This document shows positions 12,741 to 27,600 of a DNA stretch of 64,000 nt, piece by piece. The stretch comes from Octopus sinensis. Taxonomy: Eukaryota. The stretch is from positions 32,922,001-32,986,000 of the forward strand of contig NC_043009.1 in NCBI RefSeq assembly GCF_006345805.1. The letters are read 5' to 3'. Numbering within the stretch: position 1 is the stretch's first letter; each line of letters starts with the position of its first letter. The translations under genes and the position numbers were made by a program. Under the pieces are notes generated by a model. It worked only from the letters and a program-made list of their open reading frames with translations. It searched no databases and was not told the DNA's origin.

Positions 12741-15700
12741 CGGGATGGAAGAAATGGATGGATGGATGAATATTAATTCATTTTACTATAAACCTTACTG
12801 TTGAAGAGTGGTGATAAAAGTGAGAATAGTATTGGCGCCAATATATTACAGATACTTAACTATCGACACTTCAGTTATTAGTATTAAATTACCTTAGGAA
12901 ATACATTGTTAATTGTAGAAGCATTTCATAATAAACTGATAGATGTAGTCGCTAAATACTATAATGTACGTCTATAATGAAATATGTTGATGTTCGCCAC
13001 TGATGAAAGGATATTAGCAATTTAATATTACTACATATCTATGAAGCTAAGAACATTAAACAAAAGCAGTGTCGAGACAAAATCAAATGAGATTTTTCAA
13101 TCAAGGTTTATACACACTGACTGTTGAGGTGAAGGTGGTTCTTTGTTTCTTTGTTGAAAGTAAAGACACCCACGTTTTCACTTAGCAAGTTTAATTAGAG
13201 ATATAATGTTTCATATCAATATATCCATAAATTAGGCATTGCGGCAAAGAATGAAAATGATTGGAGACGGATCTTTGGCTTCATACACTCTCAGTCCATA
13301 GCCACAAATGTGGATTCGGATCATTTAGGAGGGTAGCGATATTTAACTTTACGTACAGCGATCTATCAAAACCAATGTTTATTATAGAGAGCTCCTGTGT
13401 TTTAAAGTAATGAAGAGTATTTATACAAATAAGGTGGTGGATTAATATAGTCGTTAAACTGATTTACTTTATTTGTACCGGTCATCTGCTCTCTGAGTTA
13501 ATATACCCTCGCAATCTGTTTTACTTTTAATGCTTTTGAAGTTGGTTAAACACGTACCAGTCCGGCCGAGTCGTGTCCTGAGATTGATCTTTCTTTCTTT
13601 CTCTTTCTTTCTCTCTAGATAGTTCATGATATTTAAAGGCGTTACATTGTGACAAGACGTCAGATTGACTGTCTCTGAAATATATGTCTTTGAAATACTC
13701 AACTGCTACACGAGCAGAAATTCATTTGAATGATTATCGAATCATCGTCGAGATGGATGGAGAATCCGATACATGGAATAATCCTTAGAGAGTTAAGCTT
13801 TGACAATTAAGCCGTGAATTGTCAATCACCATCACACACATACACCCACACACCCACACATATATATATATATATACATACACATACTTATTACATTTAC
13901 TCATATATACATAAATACATATACATATACACAAACACACACACACAAATATATATATATATGTATATAATCATATAGAGATATATACACATGTGTGTGG
14001 CGGGTGTCTATGTGTGTGTGCGTGTGCGTACGTGCGTGCGTGCATACGTACGTGCGTGCATACGTACGTGTGTGTGTACTGTTAACTCGTTGATTGACAT
14101 TCTCTTCAGTCCTGACACCGTTCTTGCTTCCATTTTTTTTTTTTTTTCAATTTAGATTCGTATCAGAATGTCACACAGATCCCCTTTCTCCCGCTGATGG
14201 TTGATAGTTAAGTTGGCTAACTGTCAACTTGTCAAAACTTTGATTCTATTATTTGACATCGTCTTTGAAAAATATTAGATGTTTTATATATTAAGATATC
14301 TCAAACAATAGATTTTGTTTTGTTTTGTTTTTTTGTATATGTTATACACTTCCCGAGTTCTATTGGTTGAGAAAAGAATCATCAAATCCACCTTCGTGTC
14401 ACATTGACTCCATAATCATTTGTTGTGAAGTTGTAAAACACAAAGCTCTTTCTTACGTTTTGCATTTACAAATGCGATTTTTTTATGAACTTAGATGGCT
14501 TAATATCCACATTGTTTTGTCCTGTACACATCCTATGAGACTCTATGGTTTTCTGTTTGTAAAGGCATATAGAGTATTATCGGTGTCTAAGCATTTCGAC
14601 ACTTGAAAATAATAATTAAAAAATACCGTCACAGGTATATCTAAATGTTGTTTGGCCGTGTCATCTTAAGTAGTAAATAGACTGCCAACAACCTTAACAG
14701 TGCAGGGTTATGTACGCTCTAAATGGTCACTCCATTATGAAACCATACATGTCTAACAAATTTGTGCTTGATTCTGAGGAAGAAAACCAGAGAGAAGTTC
14801 ATAAAAGCCAAATAATTATATTAACAAAACTAAGTGCAGTCCATTTCCCTAGAAAATTCATAAGACTTTAACTGTAGCCGTTTTATATTCACCAATGGAA
14901 GAAGCAATGTATCAAGTCGGTTACATTTTCTGACTGAACACAGAAATAATCCAATTGACAGAATAGCTTAATTGGTGATTTGGCAACATTGTAAACTTCT
15001 CAAATAACATTTTCTGAACATTAGAATTTGTTAAAACCTCAGTGGACATCTTAAATAATACACCAGAATACTACGTTTTGTTATTTAGTTAAACATGTTT
15101 ATTTCAGTGTACCGAACGCCTAAAATATTTAATCTATTTATCGAAACAATTCCCAGAGTACTGAATTAGAAATTAGATCAGTTCCTGTTCTTCAAAGAGA
15201 AACGAATTTTTGCTTACAATAAACATTCTATATTGTTAAAAATTATCAGTTCATGTAAGACATAATATAACAGCCCTTATGTTGTACAATAACGGAAACT
15301 AGAGTATCATAATTCTCATTTATATAGTTTTCAAATAAACATTATCATTATTAATGATATCGTAACATCGATACATCAATAACGGTTGCGACTTCTACAC
15401 TAATATTTATAACAATAAAAACTTCAGTGTGTATGTTGTGGAAAATACTACGTCAATATATATTTTATATATATATATGTGCAATGTTGGATACATTTGG
15501 TGTTCGTCCGATATGTTGAATTTTGTTCATTTTATTTGTCATGATGATGCCTGCACTGACGATTAGAAAGAGGATTATGTACACTAACTATGAAATCATA
15601 TGATCTGCGTATGAATCTGTTTTTAGGGGACAGCTTCCAAGTTTCATCCCCTCACTGTCGGTACACTTTATATTTATTATGGTAGTTTTCACTTTAAAAG

Positions 15701-16631
15701 TTTCTCATAGCGTGACGCATTTACGTGTAGTAATGCCTTTAATATAATAGATGTATTTAAAGTGAATAATAATCAATTTTTCCCTTATATGCTTTTTCAC
15801 GCTGACTACTTGATAAATCCTTATATAGATTTTATCCTATATTTAATTATATAGGTATTGAGTATTATGCCTACTCATAATAAATGATGGATTTTTTCTC
15901 AATTAGATTTATAATTCTCTTTTAATCCAACTTATCATAATAATCAACACCTACTAGCTAAGTATAAACTGATGCATATTTGTATATGTTTGTATAAGTT
16001 AAAGTAATCTCTGTATTTTCTATAACTTTTTAGTATATAGTTGGTCACTGTGACCATTTAGCATTGACCTAGTTTTCTTGATACAAAATCTGTTTGTCAA
16101 TTAGAAATAAACAGCATCTAAGGCAATATAATCCCCTTTCTACGTTAATTTCTTTAGGAATAACTTCTGACATTTATTTCACCCCTACCTACTTCTATAA
16201 ATAGAACATCTCTTTTGTCTCCATTCAACTGAATATCCCTCCCCACTTTCCAGCAGTTCAAAATAACTTAAAGAATATTCTTCAGTCAGAAGATAAATTC
16301 TATTACCTTAATGTTCTAAAAATTCAAATCAAAATCTCTGTCTATATATCTACCCTCTTAATAAAGTTATCAATGAATATGAAAATATGTATATGTATTA
16401 ATGGAAAACCTCTATAAATGGCTGATGATTGCTCAACATTTTAAAACTGTTGTAATACTTACAGTGTTTAATAAAATGATGTAGCGTGAAACGATCGTAC
16501 CAAATTACCGAAGATATTCTTGTTGCTTATTTTGATTATAATCAGCCCATGGATTTATATGGATAACACCATACAAAATTCTGGTGCATCTAGCTTAAGT
16601 ACCATATCATTTGAATCTAAATTTTGCTGAA

Positions 16632-16632
<1 letters not shown>

Positions 16633-16678
<46 letters not shown>

Positions 16679-16708
16679 TAATATATATATGTATGTATGT
16701 ATGTATAT

Positions 16709-16755
<47 letters not shown>

Positions 16756-16782
16756 TATATATATATATGTGTGTGTGTGTGT
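16633..16782. repeat. (TA)n/(TG)n microsatellite
   Basis: Direct reading. Confidence 0.97.
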
Positions 16783-16794
16783 GCCTTCTATTTT

Positions 16795-17055
16795 TAATTA
16801 TTAGAAATCTTCCACCGAGGAGGGAGCCGGTTTCCAACAAAGGTAAAAGGCGCCACCTTTCGGATGTAGATATCACAGACAAATTCACATTTGCAACTTG
16901 ACTAAAGTCTTGCGTATTTTTACTGTTCCACTCACAGATTCTATTTGTAATGTACCAATTAACCGGTCGATTTCTCTTTCTGAAAATCACAGTTTATCCA
17001 CATTTTATTTTAAGCACTTACTAACAAATCCCAGTGTTCCGATTATTATTGGTGT
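16795..17055 (-). mobile_element. R4/Dong-like element 3' end (RLE C-terminus and 3' UTR)
   Basis: Minus translation PIIIGTLGFVSKCLK*...LQIESVSGTVKIRKTLVKLQM* parallels PIIIGALG...IQKIALLGTAHILRRTL at 33018-33160; ends in TAATAAT. Confidence 0.6.
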
Positions 17056-17228
17056 GAATATGTATGTATATATATATATATATATGTATATAGTGGGAGT
17101 CAACTGGAGACTGAATAAGACCACTTCCTAAACCCAATAAGATCATGGAAGCGTTCCAAGTGTTCAAAACATTGTGAGTGAATTTGTTTTGGGTGGTTAA
17201 CGTTTTGCCTAGCACTGAAGCCATTTTT

Positions 17229-17460
17229 CATTCGTCATCGTCATCACGTACTATATCCGTGCAGAACATTAATGACACTGCAACGAAAGCTTTCCACCTC
17301 CCCTACCACTCCTGTCCAACAAGCTCCTGTGAATTCTTTGCCTGACTCTTTATCTGCTACTCTCTACTCTTCCTTCTGTGATGATATTTTCCGGTCTAGC
17401 AGAAACCAACTACATTTCCTGTTCTTTATACGAGTTTACCTTCTCGTAGAAAAAAGTTCT
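17229..17460 (-). mobile_element. RTE-like LINE 3' end
   Basis: Minus translation ...RPENIITEGRVESSR*RVRQR resembles the RTE C-terminal EGxIEGKRxRGRQR motif; short (TGA/CGA)n tail. Confidence 0.5.
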
Positions 17461-17691
17461 AACGCGAATTAAGGGTTCTTCACTCCCAGGGATCCCAAAG
17501 CTAATCAGGCTATAGGTGGCGCCAGTCTGGTTCTATTTCTCCGAGTTAGATTAGGCCAAGGGATAATAGTATCTAAGAGATGGTTCCACAATGCTCAAAA
17601 TCCTAAAACTGCTGTACCAGAATCCCACAAAGAGGTGCAATTTAAAGTTTTACACAGGACGCATACACACACACACATATACATAAGTATG

Positions 17692-17731
<40 letters not shown>

Positions 17732-18042
17732 TATATATGGGGTGTGTGTGTGTGTGTGTGTACATATATAGCAAGATATAAGTTAGAGGTTGTGCAACCA
17801 TCTAAGGGATAAATGTATCCGTAGGCACTCCTGGTGTATAGTCCTCGATATAATGTATACGGTAGTAGGTAATTTAAAGGTAAAACCGTAGTTTAATATA
17901 TAGAGAAGATAAGAAATGGAGTAATAATTAACAATGAGAAGTGGATCATTGGTGTTTAAAAGGTCATTATTTAATTAAATAATGACTTTTAATCACCAAT
18001 GATCTATTTCCTATTGTTAATTATTGCTCCATTTCTTATCTT

Positions 18043-18065
18043 CTGTCTGTCTGTCTGTCTGTTTG

Positions 18066-18149
<84 letters not shown>

Positions 18150-18170
18150 CCTCTCTCTCTCTCTCTCTCT
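18043..18170. repeat. (TCTG)n/(TC)n/(TA)n microsatellite
   Basis: Direct reading. Confidence 0.95.
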
Positions 18171-18620
18171 AAAACTCTTCTCCGTGGAGCGAAAGCGGAA
18201 GAGTTATGCAGAGATATACATCTGGAAAATCCTGGAAGGCCTTGTCCCGAATTTTGGCATTGAAAGTTAACCCAACAGCAGAACGGGACGCCAATGCATG
18301 GTACCAAAGTTCCCAACATCACAATCAAAATACAGGACCAGATACTGCAACGGCTAGGGTTTCAGGAGACCACAGCTCTTCAATATCCTTCCTAAATGCC
18401 TGAAAGATGTGCATGGTGTGGATGTGGGTTTCTTTGAAACTAAACTCGATCTCTTCTTGTCAGAGGTTCCAGATGAACCTACCTCTCGGCAGGAAACAAA
18501 GATACAGGCTGCAGCGTCGAACTCCCTTAATGACCAAGTTCCACGTATCAGAGGTTTTTTCACATACTAGTGTAGCACATTCAACGGTGGTTCCTCCAGC
18601 TTTTCGGGCTGAAACATTTT
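18170..18620 (+). mobile_element. CR1-like LINE ORF2 3' fragment
   Basis: Translation KLFSVERKRKSYAEIYIWKILEGLVPNFG...PQLFNILPKCLKDVHGVDVGFFETKLDLFLSEVPDEP...AAASNSLNDQ matches the typical CR1-clade C-terminus (SLERRRERYxIIYxWKIL...LFNxLP...FKxxLDxFL...SNSL); two in-frame stops. Confidence 0.8.
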
Positions 18621-18632
18621 TAATGATTTAAG

Positions 18633-18634
<2 letters not shown>

Positions 18635-18704
<70 letters not shown>

Positions 18705-18763
18705 ATATACATATATACATACATACATACATACATACATACATACATACATACATACATACA

Positions 18764-18794
<31 letters not shown>

Positions 18795-18835
18795 TTGTGT
18801 GTGTGTTTCTGTGTGTGTATATATATGCGTGTGTA
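18635..18835. repeat. (TA)n/(CATA)n/(TG)n microsatellite
   Basis: Direct reading. Confidence 0.97.
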
Positions 18836-19762
18836 TGAAAAATCGAACTGAAATGGTGTTTCTCATAGTTTATACCAAGGACTTTCTATTACTTATTTTA
18901 CTCTATATATGCCAAGTGACTTAATGACAAGCATTGTGCTGCAACGGATGAGATCTAAAAGGAACTCTTTCAAAAGATCATGCAGTTATTCTTATTGTAG
19001 TTATCAAATTCGTTTCTCGATGAAGTTAGTCCTGAAATACATTTTGGTTTCTAATAGTTTAGATAATCCCTGTTAATCCAAGTGTTTCTGCTGACCACAT
19101 TACATGTGTGATATTTTACCGTGATTACGCTTGATATATGTCTCAAAGCAAACCAAAAAAAGTAGGAGCAAAAGGGCTCAGAGCACCATACACCAAGACA
19201 TTATTGCAACACAATCTCGAAAGAAGTTTACTGCAGAAATCGGCAAACAAATGTAAATTGCACCAAACCAAACCCTGCCAAATAATAAATCAGAAACGTA
19301 ATTCTGACAAATCATCAGAAGAAACAGCAGACAACGTTTGACTTGAAATGCCTCTTTCAAACTTGGTTGAAAATATTCATTTACTTCAGTCCGTTAAGTT
19401 CTTTATAACAGTGAATGTACTTACAATGTAAGATTATAATGTGGGAAATTATTACAGAAGCAGATTAATGCTATCACTAAGACATACGATAAAGAAAATA
19501 GTGGGTTTGAAAATATAAAATTCATACAAGTTTAGGATAGACCATAATCCAGGAGGATAATGTGTAAAATATAAAAAAATAAGCATCAGCAAGCTAACTT
19601 AGCATTAAAAATAATTACACATGAGAAAGTATATATAGAAATATAGGTGTATCATGATACATATATGAATATATAGCATGCATACTATATAATATATGCA
19701 TACGCACAAACACACACACACATATATATGTACATATACTCATATATGCACATATATATATA

Positions 19763-19877
19763 TATTGCTGTATTTAGGAATGGTCATTTTGCCAGTTTAG
19801 CCAATAAAAACACACGCACTATATATTTGGTGTTATTGGCTAAACTGGCAAAATGACCATTCCTAAATACAACAATA
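19763..19877. mobile_element. miniature inverted-repeat element (MITE), 45-bp arms including TA ends
   Basis: 19763-19807 is the reverse complement of 19833-19877 with one mismatch; 25-nt spacer; TA at both ends. Confidence 0.85.
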
Positions 19878-19915
19878 TCTGTTTCAACACACGATTTCAC
19901 ATCAACAATCTGCAA

Positions 19916-19969
<54 letters not shown>

Positions 19970-20486
19970 GTGTGTGTGTGTGTGTGTGTGTGTGTCTGTG
20001 TGTGTGTGTGTGTGCTGGAAGTACGCATATGCATAACTACTTTTATACCGAGCAAGTGTAGTAACTAAAGTTACTGATCTGCCAAGCATAAATTTCAACA
20101 ATGATGTTATGGAAAGATAAAATATGTGGCAATATGGGAAATCCAATGCAACAGAAATAAAAAGAAAATATCAACATGGAAATAAATAATGTGATATAGA
20201 AGACTTAAATTTAGGATGAACAAAAAAAAAAAAAATAAACAAACATCAATACATAAAAGAAAGATTAATTCAACAGGTGAAAAACCAAATTTTGGAGAAT
20301 ATATAGAACATAAAAAGACACTTTATCATTTAGAGAAACGAAAATTTCCCGAGAAACTTTATAATAAATAAAAATATTACAGTGAAGTAAAAAATAAAAT
20401 TTACTAAAGCATAAAACATAACTTTATAAGAACGGGAAATGTTGAGATGTGTATCAAGACGAAGAGCTTTAAACGTTCTGGAGCAA

Positions 20487-20493
20487 ATGATGG

Positions 20494-20541
<48 letters not shown>

Positions 20542-20572
20542 CGACGACGATGATGATGATGATGATGATGAA

Positions 20573-20630
<58 letters not shown>

Positions 20631-20660
20631 CGATGATATGATGATGATGATGATGATGAC

Positions 20661-20691
<31 letters not shown>

Positions 20692-20795
20692 ATGATGGTG
20701 TTGATGATGATGATGATGATGATGATGATGACGAGGATTATGATGACGATGATGATGACGATGACGACGACGACGACGACGACGATGATGATGAT
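20487..20795. repeat. ~310-bp compound (GAT)n/(GAC)n/(GGT)n microsatellite
   Basis: Direct reading; source of the poly-D/poly-M ORFs. Confidence 0.97.
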
Positions 20796-22963
20796 CAGGG
20801 ATTCAAGAGTCCAAATAAGAAAAATAATGAAATATTCAATTGAACAGCAGAAACATTAAACGAATGTCCTGACAGTGGAATACGTAAAAGAATATTAAAG
20901 CATACTATAAGATGGAAGCAATAGAATTAAATTGTTGTGGGAAATAACTTGGTTGTGAGAAAAATGGAATAAGAAAGATCCAGGGTAAAGCATTATGCCA
21001 TAGGCCTTAGACACTTGCATATCTTTGACGCCATGTTTCAATGCATCGTTTACAGGAGGAGAAGAACCCAACGTGAAGAGAGATTTGCAGCACCTCCATT
21101 CGGATTTCATGCCGAATGTTTCCGAGCGGTATGATAATTTGGCGAGGTAGATGTTAAAACAAAAGGAAAAGACTATCCCCATAAACTTGTATTATAATTT
21201 ATTTTACATTTTAACAGCTGGGCAGCTTCCCCCCACATAGCTTAAAAAAGATAATGGCGGCTAAACTAATGGAAAGTTGAATGCGACAACTATACTGAAA
21301 AGAAACTTATCTGGTAGATCAAGAGACAATGAAGCTTTTCGTTAATTCGAGAATTTGGAACTTACTATTTTATGACATAATAGTTAAAACAAAAAATTGA
21401 ATCAGATAACAGTTAAGGCAAATATTCATTAATAGTTAAAGTTGCGAGAAAATCTATTTGCGCGGACGACAAAACGGAACATCTTGACACCGAAGGAGAA
21501 GTTAAACGTAATTATTATATTGTGTGGATAAATTTATGAAAGGAACTTGTGGAAAAGGTTAAATGGAGAATATGAATTACGATTTCAGTTTTGACATTCT
21601 TCGATAACATTCATTATTTACGAGTTCTTTCTGAGATTGAAGAACTGTCATAATTTTCTAACCTTGTTCAGTTTAAATTTCCAATTTTGATTTAAAAAAT
21701 TATTTGATATATTTCGAAACTTATCGTTATATTTCTGGAATGAAATGAACGGGATTATTTTAGAAAATTTATTATCAAATTCAATTTATATAATTCAGTA
21801 ATACGTAATAAGATTCAACTAAGATAAAACTTTTGTTTTATCTGGAAAGCATGGCTATTCAGTGAGGTAACAGTGATTATCTGTCAGTACTTCTTTCTCG
21901 AATTTTCTGGAATTCAATCTCATACAACATCATCAAATCTCTAAATTTACTGGCCATCACTTCCTCTTAATTTAATATAGAAAATTTTAAAACTATTTAT
22001 GCTTTAATGTTTATAACTCGTTTCTGATATACCAAATACTTAAAATACAGGAAAACTTGTGCTTTGCATAGGATGTTTGTCGAAGTTAGTCTAATATTAG
22101 ACGTCTTTGATTCAATAATAGTCTCGCCTGAATGTTAAGGTAAATCTGAAATCGAAAGGGGGAATCAAGGGTTCAATGATATCTAACATGAACCATACAA
22201 GATATATGTGTAAACTCGATATATGATAACTTGAATTTTATTCGCCCGTAACTTGTCTTGTAAAAACAAATTAACATAGTTCCTCAAAAGTCTATCAGAT
22301 CCATCGCCGTGGAAGAACCGGGTCTCCAACCTTATGACAAGAATGTAGCAAATGATAATGGCAACATATATGAGGGAGACTTGCCTGCATTGTCTAGTAG
22401 ATTCAGCAACCACTGCAGGCTTGTTAGAAGATGACAAGTAGTTGTTATTGATATCTATTTCATTTGCATTTAGTAGATATTTACAATATCAGCAAATCTT
22501 CTTACCCTAGCACTCATTATTATGTCGATCGATCTGATAAAAATAGAAGCAAAATCACCCTCAAGTGAAAACTATTTGTGCTGACATAAGACAAGGGACA
22601 AATTGGATCATATATTTCCAAATGAACTATAAACCGATTAAAGATGAAAAGACCACAGCGAGAACGTCTTTCGGCAGATGTTTTCTATTTCAGATACGAC
22701 TCCGAGCTAAACAACAGACACGACCACAAAGCAACAACTACAGCAACAGCCAGAGTTATCAGTTCTTTCGGGGTAAATGACCCGTGCTTGTAATGACCAT
22801 GAAGCCAAATCTTATATCACAAAATACTCGTTCGTCTTTCATATGTAATCAATTATTGAATCTGGAACTAGCTACCAGTCCTCTCTGTTCTGATAAACAC
22901 AGAAACAATTTACATTTATATGTGTGTAGATATGTACGGGTGTGTGTATGTGTCTTTTAGTAC

Positions 22964-23015
<52 letters not shown>

Positions 23016-24402
23016 ATATGTATACATCACTGAATATATGGAAGCAAAGCTGTGATGTTGAATTCAGATTAATTACTGCGTAAGATCCATTGATCCCAAA
23101 TATAAAACACGACTATTACTCAATGCCACAAAAATTCGAAGAGAACCGGTCAAAGGCCTGATTGCTTGCCACCATGCTAATATATTTTTAATGATTGTTA
23201 GAAAAGTCAATTCATTTCCCGTTGCTCCTCACGCATATGAGCTGCTATGTTATTGGCTTCTGATGAGCTGTTGCATTTTGGGAATCTACTGTGTGTATGT
23301 GTAAAACTACACTTAGCTTAATACACAAATATACACATATGTATATATACATATATACATGCATACATACATATATGTGTGTGCAAAATGTATGTACACA
23401 CATAAATGTGAACATACTTAAATATGAATGGGTGAGATTTTCTGTGTTTGTGTGCGTATGTCAACGGTGTTTCCCTGACATATCAATGCGCTGCTTGAAG
23501 CGCTCTTGCAGTCACTTAACGAAGGTAGTACAATGGGATAAAACACGAAACCCCATGCTTGTACAACGAACTTGTTAACTATGTAGCCCTGACGCCGCCT
23601 GTGACAATCTGCTTGTTGCGGTCGTTGACCTAACAAACATAACGGGCACTTATACACATACACACGCACACGGACGCGCACACACACAGACACACATATG
23701 TGTCCGTGTTTAGATTAACAGTCTCTTGGTAGTCATAGGAACGAAAATATCTCTATGACGAAGCAATCAATAACTAAAAGAGCAAAAATATAATTTATAG
23801 CTTAACAATAACAACAACAACGACAATAACAATTAGAAGAATAAGACTGAAATAAAACACTAGCAGAAAATAAAATCTAATCTGTTAAGATGCCAAGAGA
23901 AAGGAAAACAATCCAAATTGTTATCTATTATAAACCCATTACAGTACCAAAGCTCACCCGCACCAGCGTTTATATCACCCTCTCTATTAAATAATCTTCA
24001 TTCATCACACATAAACTCCCCATTCTTACTCTATTACTTCACTCCTGCTTCTTTAAAGCTGTATCTGCTTATCCAAGAATTCATCACTATTTCTTAATTG
24101 ATCTTACACTATATAAGATGTTCCTTTCCATAACCATTTCTCAGCAATCTAGTAAAGTACACACTATCGCAGAGATATGCCCTGTCGCCACAACAATGCA
24201 CCTCCGTAACCTGGATCTATCTTCTAATTAAGATTGGTGAAAATGATAAGTCCCAATGCTTACTGAAAGTGTGCCACTTCTGCTAGGTTGCAATCCTTTT
24301 CAACGAGTATGTATGTTTTTATTACCAAATATCTACAGCTATTTATAAATGGGTACATATGCATCGTGCAAGATATGTATATATATATGTATATATATTA
24401 TA

Positions 24403-24462
<60 letters not shown>

Positions 24463-24606
24463 GGGATGCATACAGATGAAAGTATAGATATTTCACACAC
24501 ATAAACAGTTATTTTGACAAGTATACGTAGTGTATGTATAAAACTGCACATACGTGCACTTATAAATATAGATATAAATACACATACACACATAGAGAGA
24601 TAGATT

Positions 24607-24651
<45 letters not shown>

Positions 24652-24784
24652 GGGTATGTGTGAGAGAGAGATAACGTATGCGTGTGTGTGTGTGTGTGTA
24701 TAGAGATAGATGGTGCTCCAACAAGCCGCAGTGAAATGACAGAAAGAAATAAAAGAGTAAAAGAATAAAAGAATATATATACAT

Positions 24785-24847
<63 letters not shown>

Positions 24848-24934
24848 GAATGAACTTTATATGATAATTACACACACATATGTTTGAGTGTAAGTAATGA
24901 AGCCTGTATAAGTATATATACATATATATGTATG

Positions 24935-24975
<41 letters not shown>

Positions 24976-25688
24976 TGAGAGAGAGAGAGAGAGAGTATTT
25001 AAATAAATACACACTAATTACACAGACACATACACACACATGTGTGTGTGTATTTGCACTGAACAAAGGTGAAATAAGTTAAACTTAACTGTTTTTGTCT
25101 TATATGTTTCTTCATTTTTCTGGCAATCTTCTTCTAGTCTTCACCAACATGTAAACAGAATACAAAACTGCTCAAAAATATAAATAAACAAACATTTGCA
25201 GATGAATGATTATAATATAAGACTCATTGCTCTAATCTCTCCCGTCTTCTCTTTAATACACTTGGGGCATCATTGTCTTGTGAAACGAAAATAAATACAT
25301 AATTGATGACCTGATTCTTCACCAGTCTTCGGGAAAGAAATACAGAGGAGATTTCAAACATAAATCAATTAGGATTATAACAGCTAATAAAGCTGTGAAT
25401 TATCGATAGATTATCTGTAGCGCAGTAATATTATAGTATAGAAGCTAAAGAATATCCTTTCTGTTTAACAGTTTAACTGACAGCGTGGAAGAGCTCCATG
25501 ATAAGATGAAACATCGCAGAAAACAACTCGCTATTTTTTCGTTCATATGTTTAAAGGAAGTTTGTTTTAAAGTTAATTACTGAGAAAAAATTTTATTTCG
25601 AAGAATTTCACCTACCTTTGTAAATATTTGTTTATAGTGTTTTTTGTGTACACAAACGTACACACTGTACACATTTCCACGTGGGTGG

Positions 25689-25729
<41 letters not shown>

Positions 25730-26608
25730 ACTGTGATGTTTATATTAATTTTATATATATATACATTAATATTTGCAGAATTAGGATCACTATGAAAGAC
25801 ATTCGCACACATCAATATATCCAAAAGTTCAACTGCGAACCAAAGAACCGAGAATCGTTAATAGGTTTAAAACTAAGAAAGCTAGAAGTTTATAGAAATT
25901 CAATTTAAAAGGACGAGAAGAGAAGCTGGAAAACGCTAGTAGCTACAAAGGACATCAGACGTACATATCCATAATGTGCTGTGAAACGTATATCATATCT
26001 GTTTTGTCACTTCAGTAGCAGCATTCAATCCGGTGATGTGAACGCTGCCTTGAATGAATACACATTAGCAAGGGTGAAATATTACATCTACACTTGATTA
26101 ATGTCACAAATTCAAATACAAATTTTAAACATGAATAATTACATGGTTATGGCTACGAAGCAATGAAAGTAAAAAATATGGAAAACGGGGAAACATGAAA
26201 GCAAACCCTACGAACTATACAACAAAAACTGTGAAACATTAAGACATAGTAACCAACTCGACGTATTGTCTAAATGCTATGGATCATTATTAAAATACGC
26301 TTTCATTGGATGATATCGTAAAACAATGATAACCCTAGGTATAACCGACCAAGCACTATAAACACATAGATTAATTAAAGAATATAAACATATAAACCAA
26401 TGGACATTGTCATCCAGCAACGTGTACATCGTTATTAAAACGAAACAATCGCACACTTGCGGAATTGTGTATCTCTTTAACTATCGGGCGTTAATCGTCT
26501 TAAAACTACATGACATGAGAATGAACAAATGCAGACCGATTTCTATATAAACTTTAATTATAGAAAATATATTGCAACTAATAAATACTCCGAAACAATA
26601 AAATATAA

Positions 26609-26975
26609 AACCAAGAGCACTGAGAGAAGGCAAACCTAGGCCAATGAAACACCAACACCCTCTCAACAATTAGCCAAAGAGGATTTTTAAAATAAGAATA
26701 TCTGGAATAAACTCGACTGCTCTCATAAACGAGAATACTAAAACTGAATACGACCGCTCTCAAAAACTAAAAAAAAAGTCAGAAAAATACTCCAGAATCC
26801 TTGTCCTGTGCCGGATTGATCCCATAATCTAATCAGTTCTTAGCAGTCACAAGACTAAACATCCCTGAAAGTTTCATCTGAATCCATCCAGCGGTTCTTG
26901 AGATATCTTGACCACGGACAAACAAACAAACATAACTGAAAACAATACCTCCGCCTTCGCTAAGGCGGGGGTGAT
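26609..26975 (-). mobile_element. non-autonomous Helentron/DINE-1-like element (copy 2)
   Basis: Reverse complement aligns end to end with 36577-36942, including the 5' hairpin CCCCCGCCTTAGCGAAGGCGGAGG and the 3' end TCTCTCAGTGCTCTTGGTT. Confidence 0.75.
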
Positions 26976-27463
26976 CACTAAAACAAACTAATCATATAAA
27001 ATACTAACATAATTAAGACATGAAAACATAATTAAAAGGTAAGAAATGTAAACTAATTGAATAACATCATTTTCACTTTAGGACATTATCGCCAACGACA
27101 TGAGAATAGAGCAATATAGACCTAGAACTATTAATTATAAACTTTATTGAAGTAAATATATTTAAACCAATGTTTTCATCTAATATATATGTTTCTTTAT
27201 TCGTATTCATAGCAAGCCTAGTTGCTAGCAGTGAACCATAAAATAACTTTGTTCGGCTTATCGAACTTCGATCTGGGAAAACTTTACTACTTTCTGCACC
27301 AATAAATCACTATTGTTCCTGAAAGTTGTTGTTTATACATTCTAAGGATGGCTCGAAGCTTACTAACTTCCTACACTTGGATCCTTGGATCTTACATTTA
27401 CATATCATTACACACACACATACACATACACATACACACACATATATGTATATATATATATAT

Positions 27464-27600
<137 letters not shown>

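Noticed and set aside
16470-16505. GAAACGATCGTA palindrome and 57849 CTGAAGAC...GTCGACA as further hammerheads
   Set aside because: Each lacks one of the two conserved core boxes or a pairing stem.
20447-20859. Poly-Asp/poly-Met ORFs (and poly-Ser 11716-11952, poly-D/H 46008-46316)
   Set aside because: Pure trinucleotide repeats with no flanking coding context or splice structure.
22183-22437. Minus-strand 84-aa ORF with a hydrophobic stretch resembling a type II membrane anchor
   Set aside because: No recognisable family, non-ATG start, and it overlaps an equally unproven plus-strand candidate.
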